Below, piece by piece: positions 37,304 to 46,707 of a stretch of 64,000 nt of DNA. Under the pieces are notes generated by a model. That model saw only the letters and a list, made by a program, of their open reading frames with translations, was not told the DNA's origin and made no database searches. This DNA comes from a virus, in the IMG/VR virus record IMGVR_UViG_3300035242_000035, positions 1 to 64,000 of that record; one strand, written 5' to 3'. Positions within the stretch are counted from its first letter, which is position 1. Each line of letters begins with the position of its first letter. Position numbers and translations under genes: made by a program.

Positions 37304-37582
37304 ATGGGTCGCTCGAAACAGAAGGAGGCGTGGGCGATCCGCTACTGGCGCTGGCGTCCCGACGTGAATCGCGAGGACGGCACCGCGGATCTCGTCGATC
37401 AACAACAGGAGGTCTGGCGACGGTTTCCATCCGAGGCGATGGCGCGCGCCATGGGTCCGCGGATCGTCTCCCGAGACCCGGACGTGACGAGTCCGGGGCT
37501 GTTCGACTTGATGCGCGGAACGCCAGACCGGCATTCCATGGATGGCTGGGATTGGCAGATCACTGAGGAGGTGCGGCCGTGA
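37304..37582 (+). CDS. hypothetical protein
   Basis: operon packing. Confidence 0.55.
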   Translation: MGRSKQKEAWAIRYWRWRPDVNREDGTADLVDQQQEVWRRFPSEAMARAMGPRIVSRDPDVTSPGLFDLMRGTPDRHSMDGWDWQITEEVRP

Positions 37583-38124
37583 TGATGGGCGCTGACGACA
37601 GGAAGCAGGGCGAGGCCGCAGTTTTCGTGGACCACGCGGGCGTGGCAGAGCGCCTAGCTGAACTGCTGGAAACGGAGGCCGGCCCGCGCGCATCCGTGAT
37701 CCTCGGGGCCCTGCGCGCCAAACACACCCACCCCGCGCCCGTGGGGCTGGCGGCGAGGATGCGCTCGGCCCTGGCGGGCGTCCCTCTTATGAGGGGGCCC
37801 GCGTCTCAACTGGTTTGCCTGGGCTGTGGCGCGGTGGGTGACGCGGAGTGCGCTGTCAGATGTTGGGCTGACCGAGTTGATGCCGTCCTGACCGAGGACG
37901 CCACCCCCGCCGCCGTCGCCGTGCTGGACCGGGCGGCGGAGGAGAACAGGCGGCTACGGGAGGCGCTCAGCAAGGCCGTCGACGCACTGATGACGGTCGG
38001 CAACCAGCTCGATCTTGTTCCTTCGGCGACCGACGCCGTCGTAGCGGTTCGAGAGGCCGCGACGCGCTACTTTGAGTTGTGGTCCGAAGACGCTAAGGCC
38101 CTACTTTTCAGAGAGACGCCATGA
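37579..38124 (+). CDS. hypothetical protein
   Basis: GAGG SD, GTGA overlap. Confidence 0.55.
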   Translation: MMMGADDRKQGEAAVFVDHAGVAERLAELLETEAGPRASVILGALRAKHTHPAPVGLAARMRSALAGVPLMRGPASQLVCLGCGAVGDAECAVRCWADRVDAVLTEDATPAAVAVLDRAAEENRRLREALSKAVDALMTVGNQLDLVPSATDAVVAVREAATRYFELWSEDAKALLFRETP

Positions 38125-38224
38125 CCGAGGCCGAGGTGCTCGCCAAGGTGGACGCGCTGCTTCGGACGCGGGCGTCCCGTCCCTGAGCGTTACCTCGTAG
38201 TAGCATCGCAGTCCGAAAGGAGAG

Positions 38225-38653
38225 GTGCCCATGGACGACGTGAACGCAGGCCCCGCCGCAGGTGCAGACCCGGACGAGAAGGCCGACACCGCCATATACG
38301 TGGAGGTCCGAAACGAGCGGGTGAAGTTGACCCGCCAGCAGGAGGAAGTGCTGCGCCTGGTGGTCGCAGGCAAGGAGAACGCGGTGATCGCGCAGTTGTT
38401 GGGCGCGACCGCGAAGCGGAAGTCCATCGCAGGGGTGGTGAACAAGCTCTCCCACCTGCTCGGCGTGGAGACCCGCGTCGACCTGGCCAGCCGTGGGCGG
38501 GAGGTGCTGGGGCTGAGCGCGGCCGGCGAGCTCCGGCAGGCCGGAGAGGTGGCGAAGGCGGCGATCCGTCGCGGGACCGCTGAGGCCATGCAGACGGCGC
38601 TCAAGACGGTCGCCCATCTCGCCGACGACGCAGCCGCCAGGGGCGCGGAGTAG
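38225..38653 (+). CDS. LuxR/GerE-type HTH transcription regulator
   Basis: LTRQQEEVLRLVVAGKENAVIAQLLG...KLSHLLGVETRVDL. Confidence 0.75.
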   Translation: MPMDDVNAGPAAGADPDEKADTAIYVEVRNERVKLTRQQEEVLRLVVAGKENAVIAQLLGATAKRKSIAGVVNKLSHLLGVETRVDLASRGREVLGLSAAGELRQAGEVAKAAIRRGTAEAMQTALKTVAHLADDAAARGAE

Positions 38654-38699
38654 ACGAGCCGTGACCGCCGGGACCTCGGCAGCAGCATGGCCACGGCGC

Positions 38700-38755
38700 T
38701 CACAACTGGAGTACAGATGTCGCACCACCAACCTAAAATCGGACGGCGAAGATCA
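38700..38755 (+). repeat. 56-bp dispersed repeat, copy A
   Basis: 49/56 identical to 44881-44936 by manual ungapped alignment. Confidence 0.85.
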
Positions 38756-38908
38756 GGCGTTTACGCGGATGCGCCGCCTGCCAGTCAGTGCACACCGCCG
38801 ACGCCGAGCAGACGCGCCCGTAGTGGTGGCCACTCGCGGGGGAGCCGCCGATCTCCCGCTACCAGCGTAACGCCGGGTCCGCTCCGGCAGAAGAAGAGGC
38901 ACCACCCA

Positions 38909-39721
38909 ATGACCGAAGGAACCAGTGCAGCGCCTTTCCCCTCGACGATGATTGGCCGCGCCTACGCCCTTGCTCGCGCCCACGGGCACGAGTGGGCGAC
39001 CATCCTCACGGCTGAGGAGGTGGCCGCGTGCGGCACCGACGTCGGCAGGATCCTGACGTTGGTCCACCAGCGCCAGCGTGAGTTGGAGCACAGCTCCGAT
39101 GGCCCCGGCGGGATCGAGTGCCCCTTGGTCGGTCCGCAGGGCGTCGATCACGTCACCTGCACGGGGCGCACCTCGTGGGTCGTCCGGTGGGACGGGTCTG
39201 TTGAGGTGAAGCGGTTCGAGGAGGGGGAGGGAGCCTCCACTGAGCCGCTCGCGACGATGGGGGTGGAATCCTGGGGGCGTTACGCGCACGAGGGGCCGGG
39301 CGGCAAGCCCATGGCGAGGATCTCGATCCACTCCGCAGAGTGCAGTCAGGTCGACTTGGCCCGCCTGGTGGAGTGCGCCTCGGCGGTCGGCGCGGTTCCC
39401 CATCTGGACGGGTACTGGCACGACTGGCTCGGGCTGGTTCCCCCTCCCGGGATGCTCCCCGCCCTCGACTCGCTCGACGTCGCACAGCGAGAGCACGGGC
39501 CCGCTGGCAGTAAGCCTTTGCAGCCAGGAGAGAGGGTCCTGTCGACGGGCCGCGGCAGTATCCACGGGTGGTATCACCGCACGAGCGAGCCGTTCCTGGT
39601 GGACGGGAGCGCCACCGTCGTTAGGCTGGATGGCTGGGCGGACGCCCTCCTGGACACCGGCTTCACCGTGTCGCTGGACTCGGTCCGTCGCCCAGAGGCC
39701 ACCGCGGCCGAGGTGGCGTGA
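38909..39721 (+). CDS. hypothetical protein
   Basis: ATG after GAGG; GTGA overlap downstream. Confidence 0.55.
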   Translation: MTEGTSAAPFPSTMIGRAYALARAHGHEWATILTAEEVAACGTDVGRILTLVHQRQRELEHSSDGPGGIECPLVGPQGVDHVTCTGRTSWVVRWDGSVEVKRFEEGEGASTEPLATMGVESWGRYAHEGPGGKPMARISIHSAECSQVDLARLVECASAVGAVPHLDGYWHDWLGLVPPPGMLPALDSLDVAQREHGPAGSKPLQPGERVLSTGRGSIHGWYHRTSEPFLVDGSATVVRLDGWADALLDTGFTVSLDSVRRPEATAAEVA

Positions 39722-40059
39722 TGGCCGCCCACGAGTCCGGCGACCCAGCGGAGGAGGAGCGCTTCCTCCGCTTCTACGCCCTGCCCCCGAACCCGACCGA
39801 GGTTGACCTGGAGTCCTCACTCGTCGATTGGCGCAGGTTGGGGATGTCCGAGACCTTCGTGGAGTCGCTGGTCGCGAGGTTGGAGGTGGTTCGACTCCAG
39901 CGCCCCGTGGCCAGCCACATCGTCAGTACCGAGGCCCGGTACGTCGAGGCCGACGACGCGTGGGAGTACCGGCGCCGGTGCTCGTGCGGGAACCGCGGCG
40001 CTTGGCTCCGCGACCAGAAGAAGATCGCACCGTGCCCTCGCGCAGGAGGCGCGAGATGA
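39718..40059 (+). CDS. hypothetical protein
   Basis: coupled overlaps. Confidence 0.55.
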   Translation: MMAAHESGDPAEEERFLRFYALPPNPTEVDLESSLVDWRRLGMSETFVESLVARLEVVRLQRPVASHIVSTEARYVEADDAWEYRRRCSCGNRGAWLRDQKKIAPCPRAGGAR

Positions 40060-40334
40060 GCGCCATGGGGATTGAGAAGGGTTGGCGAGCGGTCTACACG
40101 GCGCAGCGCGGGTGGGCCTGGATTGAGGACGCGACCGGGCGCCGGGTCGCTGACTACGTGCCGGAGGACGTTGCCCCGGCGATAGAGTCCTTGCCGGACC
40201 TGCTGGAGGCGTTGCGCGATGCGGACACCGTGCTGATGATGGCCGACCGCTCGAATGCCTGGCGCTGCGAGAGGGACCGTTGCCGCGAGCGCATCGCCAC
40301 CGCCCTCGGCAAGGCGGAGAGGGTCCGTCCGTGA
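40056..40334 (+). CDS. hypothetical phage protein (PDLLEAL motif)
   Basis: AGGAGG SD, ATGA overlap. Confidence 0.55.
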   Translation: MSAMGIEKGWRAVYTAQRGWAWIEDATGRRVADYVPEDVAPAIESLPDLLEALRDADTVLMMADRSNAWRCERDRCRERIATALGKAERVRP

Positions 40335-40785
40335 CGATCATCTCCGCCCTTCAGGACACAGGCGAGATCCAACCAGCGCCGCTCCTCCCGCCCCACCGGA
40401 CTGCGGCCGTGTACGCCGCGATCTGGCGACTCCTCCACGAGGAGGCTGCGCAGTGGTCTCCGCTCGACGTCGCCGTCCGCCGCTTTCTCGGCTTGTCCCG
40501 CGACCCGGCTCAGACCCACGAGCCGAAGCGCCAGCGAGGAACCAGGTGACCGCGGACGTCTCAAGAGCGGCGCGCCTGGAGGCGGAGCGCCAAGCAGAGG
40601 TCGAGGTGCTGAGGGACGCCCTGGCCCGCCACCTCGCCGCGATCACGCGGGACCTGGCGCGCGGCGTCACCGTCATCCTCACGCCGACCTCGGGGCTCGG
40701 CCGCCTGCTGGTGGAGGCCTCCGACCGGCTGGCGGACCTGGGCGAGGAGTGACCTTCCACAACCAACGAAAAGGAGTGAGTACCC

Positions 40786-41526
40786 GTGAATCGCGTTCTC
40801 GCAATCGCCCTCGTCGTTCTGTCCGCTCTTCCGCCGGTGTCGCTGCCGCGCTTCGTCGACCCTCTGGGGTACGACCGGACGGGGCTGTTGGCCAAGCAGA
40901 TACAGAAGACGGAGGAGGAGATGTCGCGCCAGGCCCCAGAGCTCTACAGGCGCCTCGTCTCGTCGGAGAAGGACCGCCGGTGCTTTTGGTTGGCCTACGC
41001 CGTGCTCACCTCCGGCCGCATGGTGGATGTCGCCTACCGCGGCGTCGCTCGCGGGACGGCGCCGGAGGGAAGCATCAAGCTGGCCGAGGAGAACCGCACC
41101 AGGGTGGCGCTCGAGGCCGAACGGCTGGGCTGCACGGGCCCCAAGCTCCCAGACGGTGGTTACCCGGACTCCACGGGTTCGAAGACGCTGGACGATGCCC
41201 TCCGATATCTGGAGGACAGGATCGGGTCGAAGACCAGCGAGGGCTACCACCGCGCGCTGGATCCAGAGGAGCGCGCAATGGTGTCGGCCCACTTTCACGC
41301 ATGGCAGTCGTCGATCCCCGGGAGAGTCCAGGCCGGTATGTACGCAGCGAATGGGATAGGGCCTGCCGTGCCGCCCGGCACCGATATCCCGACCGAGCAC
41401 GCGGTGTTGGTCGCCGCGGCTACCGCAGCTGCGCTACTCGGGCCCGAGGCGGTCCCGCTCCTGCTGCGCCTCGTGGCCCCGGCCGCCGCGACTGCCCCGG
41501 CGATTCTCCAGGGCGCATCTCGCTGA
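40786..41526 (+). CDS. secreted/membrane hypothetical protein
   Basis: AAGGAG SD, signal-like N-terminus, hydrophobic C-terminus. Confidence 0.6.
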   Translation: MNRVLAIALVVLSALPPVSLPRFVDPLGYDRTGLLAKQIQKTEEEMSRQAPELYRRLVSSEKDRRCFWLAYAVLTSGRMVDVAYRGVARGTAPEGSIKLAEENRTRVALEAERLGCTGPKLPDGGYPDSTGSKTLDDALRYLEDRIGSKTSEGYHRALDPEERAMVSAHFHAWQSSIPGRVQAGMYAANGIGPAVPPGTDIPTEHAVLVAAATAAALLGPEAVPLLLRLVAPAAATAPAILQGASR

Positions 41527-41717
41527 CCACGGAGCCCTATTCGGTCGTGAACTCGCGCGCGGCGACAGAGCCCGCTGCGCGCCGAGACGTTCATGACCCA
41601 GCGACAGTCTTCACGGCGCGCGGGTGGTCCGGCTGCACGAAGGCGAGGTCCATCGGATCCGGCGGATAGAGCGGCAAAACCTCCACGCCGGAGCCGATGT
41701 TCACCCCCCTCGGGTAC

Positions 41718-42284
41718 TCAGCAGCGGCGCGCTCGGCGCCCTCGCGGCCGTAGGGGCCCAGGCAGTACGACACGGCCTCGCCGTACTCGACGGCGTGCAC
41801 GCGCACGACGTAGAGCGTCTCCTCGTTGGGGTCCATCCAGGCACCTCTCATTTCCGATCTCGATTGAACGCCCCCGTATCGCCGGGAGCCACGCGGGGGA
41901 TGATGGAGCTCGGCCCCATTCAGACAGCACCCACATGGAGTCCCGCGCGTGGTTGAGGTGTTCGCGAACCACGTCAAGCGCTCGTGCGCGGACGTCATGG
42001 CTCACGTCACCGACGCCGCCGATCAGTTGGCCGAGGTCCCAGTTCGCCCACGCGTCCGGGTGGTCGAAGAGGTAGTTTCGGGCTGATCGGACGACATCCG
42101 CCGGGCTCATGTTGCGGACGAGCCGGACGCTGAAGCGCCCGTCGCCAAGGTCGGTCTGGGCGGCGAAGGCGGTGTCCTGCGCCAGCCACCCCGCGGGCAG
42201 CGCCTGCCGCACGTCCTCCACCGTCGCCGAGGAGTCGAACAGCGCACGTGGACCGACGTCGGAGTTGAGGTCGATGTGAACCAT
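41718..42284 (-). CDS. hypothetical protein (3' end uncertain)
   Basis: follows 42287-42622 by 2 nt; C-terminus overlaps another candidate ORF (41591-41836). Confidence 0.45.
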   Translation of the reverse strand: MVHIDLNSDVGPRALFDSSATVEDVRQALPAGWLAQDTAFAAQTDLGDGRFSVRLVRNMSPADVVRSARNYLFDHPDAWANWDLGQLIGGVGDVSHDVRARALDVVREHLNHARDSMWVLSEWGRAPSSPAWLPAIRGRSIEIGNERCLDGPQRGDALRRARARRRVRRGRVVLPGPLRPRGRRARRC

Positions 42285-42286
42285 GA

Positions 42287-42622
42287 TCAGCGACCCTCAG
42301 CCTTAGCGCGAGCGTTCCGGGCCATCTCCACCAGCCGGTTCCAGGCCGGACTACCGATCTCGTCGTCGAAATCCACCAGCGCGACCGTCACATCGTAGGT
42401 GTCCGGTGCGGCGGCGATGAGGCGGGCGTTGGCCTCGCTATCGCGCTCGGCTCTGAGCCCGCACGCACCTGGCGCCTCCCTCCACGTCTGCGGACGACTC
42501 GCCGTGTTGGCGGGCCAGAGAATGGATTCGATCAGCGCGCCCGGCGCGACCGGATGCAAGGCCCTCAGCCTCTTCATGTCTGGATTCCAGCCCCACGGGC
42601 CTGGCGTGTGCTTCGCGTCCAC
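42287..42622 (-). CDS. phage protein of 'KHTPGPW...ANARLIAAAP' family
   Basis: characteristic motifs; strong SD; behind promoter copy 4. Confidence 0.75.
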   Translation of the reverse strand: MDAKHTPGPWGWNPDMKRLRALHPVAPGALIESILWPANTASRPQTWREAPGACGLRAERDSEANARLIAAAPDTYDVTVALVDFDDEIGSPAWNRLVEMARNARAKAEGR

Positions 42623-42682
42623 GTGCGAACCTCTCCTTTTCCTGCGGTCGACGCCAGAGCGACACCGGCCGAAGCGGGAGCA

Positions 42683-42710
42683 ATAATACGCAATCGGAGT
42701 CCGATTGCAA
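42683..42710 (-). promoter_or_regulatory. sigma70-like promoter/operator, copy 4 (perfect palindrome)
   Basis: TTGCAA-N16-TATTAT containing GCAATCGGA-N-TCCGATTGC. Confidence 0.75.
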
Positions 42711-42841
42711 GTCCAAACGCCTAGAGACGCGCACCGGGCGCGCCTCCGGGTATGCTGGGCCGACCATGCACAGCCAGCTCACCAACCGGCACGGCCACTT
42801 CGGGCCGAGCGCGGGAGATCGCCGTGGGTAATGGGACCAAG

Positions 42842-43294
42842 ATGGCTTCATTCTGGCGTGGATTCCTCAGCGCCTTCGACCTGCTCGGCAGCCTCTTCCG
42901 ACCGACGTGGTCCCTCAGGGCCCGCGCGATCCGGGCGATGCCCGACGCCCAGGCGCTTGCCTCCGATTGGCGCGCCATCGGCCGCGACTTCTCGGCGGTG
43001 ATGCCCAGGCCCGGCGACCTAGCGGTGGAGATCGACGATGGCCTCACGGCCAGGGTCTCACCGGAAATCGCCGGACCGGACCGGGTGAGATTCGCGCTGC
43101 CTTCCGTCGACCTGCTGCGCCCCGGCTTCTCGCACTTCCGCAGCGACGGCTGGCCCTACTGCCCGCGGTGCGACAAGGACGAGGTCTACACCCTCGCCGG
43201 TGCGGCGAAAGGTCGCGCGCCGATCCTCGACGACCTGGCGCAGGACGCCACCTGTAATGGATGCGGCTGGTGCCTCGCGGTGCACGATGGGTAG
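42842..43294 (+). CDS. hypothetical protein with C-terminal Zn ribbon
   Basis: CPRC...CNGCGW. Confidence 0.5.
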   Translation: MASFWRGFLSAFDLLGSLFRPTWSLRARAIRAMPDAQALASDWRAIGRDFSAVMPRPGDLAVEIDDGLTARVSPEIAGPDRVRFALPSVDLLRPGFSHFRSDGWPYCPRCDKDEVYTLAGAAKGRAPILDDLAQDATCNGCGWCLAVHDG

Positions 43295-43907
43295 AGGGCC
43301 GAGCGTCGAGTCCCTCGCCGCGAAGTTCACCGACGCGGCGTCGCGCCTGCGCGCGGCCGTGACCGCCTCCGAGTTTCGCCGGCACGTCAACGCCGTGTTG
43401 GGCACCGTACCCAAAAGCCCTAGAGGGGCCGAGCTTCGGCTGACGGCGGAGGTCCAGGAGGAGGTGTGCGACCTCATTCGCATGGGGTGCACCTGGGAGG
43501 AGGCGGCCGCGGGCGTCGGCCTGGACGATAAGACGCTCCTGCGCTGGCAGTCCCTCGGGAGGCGGGCAAGTGGCGGAATTTACCGCGATTTCTTCGATGC
43601 CGTGGCCCAGGCCAGGAAGGGGAAGAAGCCCTGGTGGCTCCAGCAACTCCTCAGGGCCGGGAAGACGGACCCGGCCACCCTGCGCTGGCTCGGGGAGCGC
43701 GTCCTCAGGGAGGAGTTGCGCCCACCTCGAGTGGACGTGGAGGTAAACCAGGAACTGGAGCGGTTCGTGGGGCGGCTCAAGCGGAAGCTGCCGCCGGAGG
43801 TCTTCGAACTCGTCCTGGTCGCAGCCACGGAGGACGACGAGCCGGAGTCCCGGGACGCCGACGGGCTGCCGTCGGTTGCGGTCGAACCCGAGAAGGTGGA
43901 AACGTAG
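43287..43907 (+). CDS. HTH protein, terminase-small-subunit-like
   Basis: LTAEVQEEVCDLIRMG..WEEAAAGVGL...TLLRW..G...YRDFFDAVAQA...WLGER. Confidence 0.6.
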   Translation: MGRGPSVESLAAKFTDAASRLRAAVTASEFRRHVNAVLGTVPKSPRGAELRLTAEVQEEVCDLIRMGCTWEEAAAGVGLDDKTLLRWQSLGRRASGGIYRDFFDAVAQARKGKKPWWLQQLLRAGKTDPATLRWLGERVLREELRPPRVDVEVNQELERFVGRLKRKLPPEVFELVLVAATEDDEPESRDADGLPSVAVEPEKVET

Positions 43908-43956
43908 GTCAAGACCCAGTAGCGGGCCCACGCGCTACCGCGAGGAGGTTTAGAGG

Positions 43957-44241
43957 ATGGCTCGGTTCATCGCATGGCTTCGATACGTAATTACTCCGCG
44001 CAGTTACCCAGACCGCTGGCAGGATCGGCTTTTCCGGGGCCACGTTCATTGGGGGCCCATCACCATCTACGGCGCCAACGCGATGCACTGGGCCGTGAAT
44101 GTGTGGTTCCGCGGCGCGTACTGGTGCTTCCATCCCACCACGCGGACGTTCGGTGGGAAGTGGCGGTGGTACTTCTACGTGAGCCCCGATGGAACGCCCG
44201 CCAGAGCGACCTTCGCCCTGGGAGACGCGAGGGGTTCTTGA
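43957..44241 (+). CDS. Trp-rich hypothetical protein
   Basis: AGGAGG/GAGG SD. Confidence 0.6.
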   Translation: MARFIAWLRYVITPRSYPDRWQDRLFRGHVHWGPITIYGANAMHWAVNVWFRGAYWCFHPTTRTFGGKWRWYFYVSPDGTPARATFALGDARGS

Positions 44242-44273
44242 GGCCCCATCGCGTTCACCGGGCGGCATGAGGG

Positions 44274-44825
44274 ATGGCCAGCCGGCTGTCAAAGCTGCTA
44301 GGCGACGAGCTCGCACGACTCCGCGCCGCGCGGGCTCAGGCGCCTGGAGTCGCCCTCGAGCCGGTAGCGGAGCTGACGGACGAGGTGGTGGCGAGGCTGG
44401 CAGCCATCGTCCGCACGGGGGCCCCGAGGGCCACGGCAGCCGCCGCGATTGGCCTGAGGCCAGATCTGCTGACGACGTGGCGCGCGACTGGGCGAGAGGA
44501 CGCGGCGGCTGGGCGGCACGACACCCCCCACGCCAGGCTCGTTCATGCGCTGACCGTCGCGGCGGCCGAGGCGAAGGTGCTGTACTGGCAGCAGCTGCAG
44601 CGGGGGGCGGCCACCGGGCGGGACGAGGACGTGAGGGCGGCCCGGCTGGCGTTGGCGGCGCTGAACCAGCGGCGAGCGCGGGATTACGCGGACCCGAGAG
44701 GGGTCGGGCAGGACGCGGGCAGCGCTGGCCAGGATGGGGACGACGAGTTGGTGGTCAAGGTGGTGTTGGAGGCCCGAGCGCAGCACTCGGACGGCGGTGA
44801 CAACACCCAGGGTGACAGCGAATGA
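44274..44825 (+). CDS. second HTH protein, terminase-small-subunit-like
   Basis: LTDEVVARLAAIVRTGA...AAAAIGL...TTWRATG...A.AEA. Confidence 0.55.
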   Translation: MASRLSKLLGDELARLRAARAQAPGVALEPVAELTDEVVARLAAIVRTGAPRATAAAAIGLRPDLLTTWRATGREDAAAGRHDTPHARLVHALTVAAAEAKVLYWQQLQRGAATGRDEDVRAARLALAALNQRRARDYADPRGVGQDAGSAGQDGDDELVVKVVLEARAQHSDGGDNTQGDSE

Positions 44826-44880
44826 GGATCGCTGTGGACTCGGAGTGCGTGTTTAGGCGGCAGGACGGCCTCCCAGGCAA

Positions 44881-44936
44881 TCACAAGTGGAGTACATATG
44901 TCGCACCCACCACCTAAAATAGGACGGCGAAAATCA
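44881..44936 (+). repeat. 56-bp dispersed repeat, copy B, running into IHF consensus AATCAAGTACTTG
   Basis: alignment with 38700-38755; WATCAANNNNTTR match at 44932-44944. Confidence 0.8.
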
Positions 44937-45020
44937 AGTACTTGCGCGGTGGCGTCCGAAGTCAGGACGAATCGTCTCGTGCAAGGCTGCGCAAGCTATC
45001 GATTTTGCTGGTGACGAAAG

Positions 45021-45036
45021 TGGCACGAGTGGTGCT
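45021..45036 (+). promoter_or_regulatory. putative sigma54 (-24/-12) promoter
   Basis: TGGCACGAGTGGTGCT, GG-N10-GC spacing, IHF-like sites upstream. Confidence 0.55.
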
Positions 45037-45062
45037 TTGTCTTTGGCTCGCAGAAGCCAATC

Positions 45063-45488
45063 ATGGAGGCCCCGATGACCCGCCAGGACGCAGCCCAGAG
45101 GATCACCGAGAAGCTGAACGCGGAGGGGTACGAGGCGAAGGCGTGGAACGGTGGCGCGAAGGTCCGCGTCTACGTCTCCTACGAGGGCAAAGAGCGCGGG
45201 TTCGTCGAGGTCGGCAGCGACCGGAAGTCCACCGAGAAGGGCTGCTCGACGATCCAGGGGGTCCAGGGCTCCGTGTCGCGGCACGTCTGCGGTCTGTTCG
45301 GCAAGTACGAGGAGTTCACCGACGCGCCCGCAGTTGAGCAGACCTTCCACGGCGTGCCGGCGTGGAAGCTGAAGAAACTTGCGCGCGAGGGTCTGATCTC
45401 GATCTCCGGCCTGACCGAGGACCAGATCGTCGAGGCCGTGCGCCTCGGGGTGATCTCCGAGTCCGACGCGATGAACCGCGACTGCTAG
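45063..45488 (+). CDS. hypothetical protein
   Basis: good coding pattern; true start may be ATG 45075 after GGAGG. Confidence 0.65.
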   Translation: MEAPMTRQDAAQRITEKLNAEGYEAKAWNGGAKVRVYVSYEGKERGFVEVGSDRKSTEKGCSTIQGVQGSVSRHVCGLFGKYEEFTDAPAVEQTFHGVPAWKLKKLAREGLISISGLTEDQIVEAVRLGVISESDAMNRDC

Positions 45489-45532
45489 CCGTGATGCCGA
45501 AAGGCGATCCTGCCGGAAAAGGAGCTTTAAAA

Positions 45533-46255
45533 ATGCTGCGACAGATCAAGAACGCCGATATGCAACCGGACGTGCCGCACCGCGGCTATCTGGAGACGTA
45601 CGCCTACTACCCGGGGATGATGCCGGGGCTCGACGAGGGCGAACTCCTCGCCTGCGTGTCGCCGGGATCGCCTTACGACGCGTCCGCCTGGCTTCGCGGT
45701 CCAGAGGAAGAGGTGCTCGCCGAGCTGGAGCGCCGCGTTTTCGACCAGTGGCCCCGGGATCAGGTTGGCGCCTCGTTCGCCAAGCGGCTCGTCAGAGACC
45801 TTCGCGAGTACCGGGTCGTCGCGATGGTGCTCCGCCGCCTCGGTTGGGTCGCGCTCGTCAGGTTGTACGAACCGGCGCAGCGCGAGACGGATCGTCTTGC
45901 CCGAGCGATGCTCCTTTCCTGGATCCGTGCGGAGTTGTTCGCCTTCGCGCCTGGGTGCGGCACACCCGACGTCAAGGAGAAACTGCTCAAGGGCGTGACG
46001 GTCGGGTACGCACCGGGACGCGCGCCCGCGAACGGCGCGGCCCTGGCTCATCTCGTGTACCGCGACGAGGGCGGGGCGTGGCGACTGAGCGCCAGCGAAG
46101 GGGGCGCGAGCTACCACGGCCCGGTCTTCCTCGAGGATGGGGAGGCGCGTCGGGAGGCGGCCCACCTCTACGGCGCCGGGATGGCACCGAACAGGTATCC
46201 GCGCGGCGCAACGGCGCCTCCGGAACGGGCCGCCCCGATCCTGATCGCCGGATGA
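45533..46255 (+). CDS. hypothetical protein
   Basis: AAGGAG SD before ATG 45533. Confidence 0.55.
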   Translation: MLRQIKNADMQPDVPHRGYLETYAYYPGMMPGLDEGELLACVSPGSPYDASAWLRGPEEEVLAELERRVFDQWPRDQVGASFAKRLVRDLREYRVVAMVLRRLGWVALVRLYEPAQRETDRLARAMLLSWIRAELFAFAPGCGTPDVKEKLLKGVTVGYAPGRAPANGAALAHLVYRDEGGAWRLSASEGGASYHGPVFLEDGEARREAAHLYGAGMAPNRYPRGATAPPERAAPILIAG

Positions 46256-46320
46256 CGCCGCCCTGTCCGTGAGCGGGAGGACTCAGTAACCACAAACCAA
46301 AAGAGAGGAGATTTCCGGAA

Positions 46321-46707
46321 ATGGGAACGAATCTGGTACCCGGGCGCTCGAGGGACCGCGAGGCCGTCCAGGCCGACCTCGAGAGGAAGAAGGGCGAGGT
46401 TGAGGCCGCTTACGCGGCGGTGAAGAGCGCGGAGGCGCTGCACGAGATGGTCCGACGCGAGGCCGCCACGCTGGGCGACGAGCTGCGCGCACTGGAGTTC
46501 GCTCCGAACGCGACCGTGACGCACGACGTGTTCGAGCCGTTCTCGATGAATGACGAGGAGGTCCACTACCGGCTCAGAAAAGGAGAACGGGTGCAGGCGT
46601 CGCGGTCTCCCCAGCGAGTCGCAGTGACGCGCGCCGACGGTCGGACCTTCGAGGTCTACTCTGGCTTCGTCGAATTCGACGCGGGAGACCAGGAGCCTGA
46701 CCGATGA
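46321..46707 (+). CDS. hypothetical protein
   Basis: GAGGAG SD; ATGA overlap. Confidence 0.6.
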   Translation: MGTNLVPGRSRDREAVQADLERKKGEVEAAYAAVKSAEALHEMVRREAATLGDELRALEFAPNATVTHDVFEPFSMNDEEVHYRLRKGERVQASRSPQRVAVTRADGRTFEVYSGFVEFDAGDQEPDR

